A DNA stretch of 64,000 bases. It comes from Mobula hypostoma. Taxonomy: Eukaryota. Below, in pieces: positions 63,114-64,000 of the stretch. Made by a program: the position numbers and the translations under genes. Position 1 is the stretch's first letter, and each line of letters opens with the position of its first letter. The notes under the pieces are model-generated. The model was not told the origin of the DNA and searched no databases. It saw only the letters and a program-made list of their open reading frames with translations. Location of the stretch: NCBI RefSeq assembly GCF_963921235.1, contig NC_086097.1:239942001-240006000 (forward strand). Reading direction: 5' to 3'.

Positions 63114-63150
63114 AGTCCTGATGAAGGGTCTCGGCCTGAAACGTCAACTG
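63114..63150 (+). ncRNA. hammerhead motif in a 148-bp Penelope insertion (63068-63215)
   Basis: AGTC CTGATGA A GGGTCTCGGCCT GAAACGTC|AACTG, with one stem I mismatch. TSD ATCTTCAGAATC (63056-63067 and 63216-63227). Confidence 0.75.
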
Positions 63151-64000
63151 CACCTCTTCCTAGAGATGCTGCCTGGCCTGCTGCGTTCACCAGCAACTTT
63201 TATGTGTGTTGCTTGATCTTCAGAATCTTCTGTGTTTATGATCTGCGTGACTGTTACCTTTCTGCTGAGTCACAAACCCCACAGAGCGGCACTCTCAAGA
63301 GAATTTTTGGAAATCAGATGAGGTTTGAAAGTATATTCCGATAGGCGCTCACTTTGATTGATCTTTCAGAATGCTCCAACTCAGCTCCAACCCATGCCTT
63401 TCCTCCTACTAGAGAACTTCAGGACATCTTTGGAGCAATTCAGAATGACCAGGATCAGAATCAGGTTTATTGTCACTGACATTGGCCATGAAATTTGTTG
63501 GTTTATCACAGCAGTGTAGAGCTAGGGGGTGAGGGAGGGAGGGAGGATGATAGGCAGAGAGAGATTGACTCGTTATCATTATGTGTCATGTTGAATGATC
63601 ATGGTCTATCCATGACCATGAGTGTTCTTGGCAATTTTTTGACCTAGCATTAATAAAGGCACCAGAGAACCAAAGTAAAAGTCACATTTGGTTTGGGTAA
63701 GCTTCAAAAGAAAAAAAATTAAAACCAAAACCACTGGGACGCACAGTTGGCTGGATTGGAGTTTCAGACTTCTCATAATCCATTCAACAAAAATTACATT
63801 CCATATTTGCCTCCAAACTGATGGCATGAATATTGATTTCTGTAACTTTCGGTAATATCATCCTTCTCTCTCTTCTCTCTTTTTTTTGTCCATTCCCCTT
63901 TCTGACACCCCTCCCACTTCTTCTCTTCTCTCCACCTGCCCAGAACTACCTTCTGGTGTCCCTATTCCTTCCCTTTCTTTCATGGTCCACTCTCCTCTCC

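Noticed and set aside
63166..63216. Recurrent small ORF MLPGLLRSPATxMCVA downstream of the hammerheads
   Set aside because: Recurrence is explained by repeat copy number; older copies carry indels, so there is no evidence of coding constraint.

Overview
Repeat-dense vertebrate genomic DNA. The repeat mix (CR1/HER1-type LINEs, V-SINEs, Rex1/Babar, abundant Penelope-like elements, Tc1/Tigger MITEs) suggests a cartilaginous fish such as a ray or shark; this is an inference, not a database match. Almost all long ORFs are retroelement remnants. The window opens with the 3' part of a Gmr1-like Gypsy LTR retrotransposon (1-3419), and a second, nested Gypsy remnant lies at about 44205-46490. Three phase-compatible GT-AG exons (14185-14261, 15507-15596, 21564-21623 ending in a stop, AATAAA at 22075) look like the 3' end of an unidentified + strand host gene. 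The most striking layer is candidate self-cleaving RNA carried by mobile elements. About 14 intact-to-decayed copies of a minimal type I hammerhead ribozyme motif sit in Penelope-like termini, including ~100-150 bp TSD-flanked mini-insertions and head-to-head palindromic units. Two HDV-like double-pseudoknot candidates with enlarged L3 loops sit at the 5' ends of short, probably RTE-derived elements. There is also a repeated composite element built from two ultra-short Tc1-like hairpin MITEs bracketing captured DNA, and a purine-rich 22-23 bp minisatellite with 540-bp higher-order structure. All calls were made by eye, so repeat boundaries are approximate unless a TSD is quoted.
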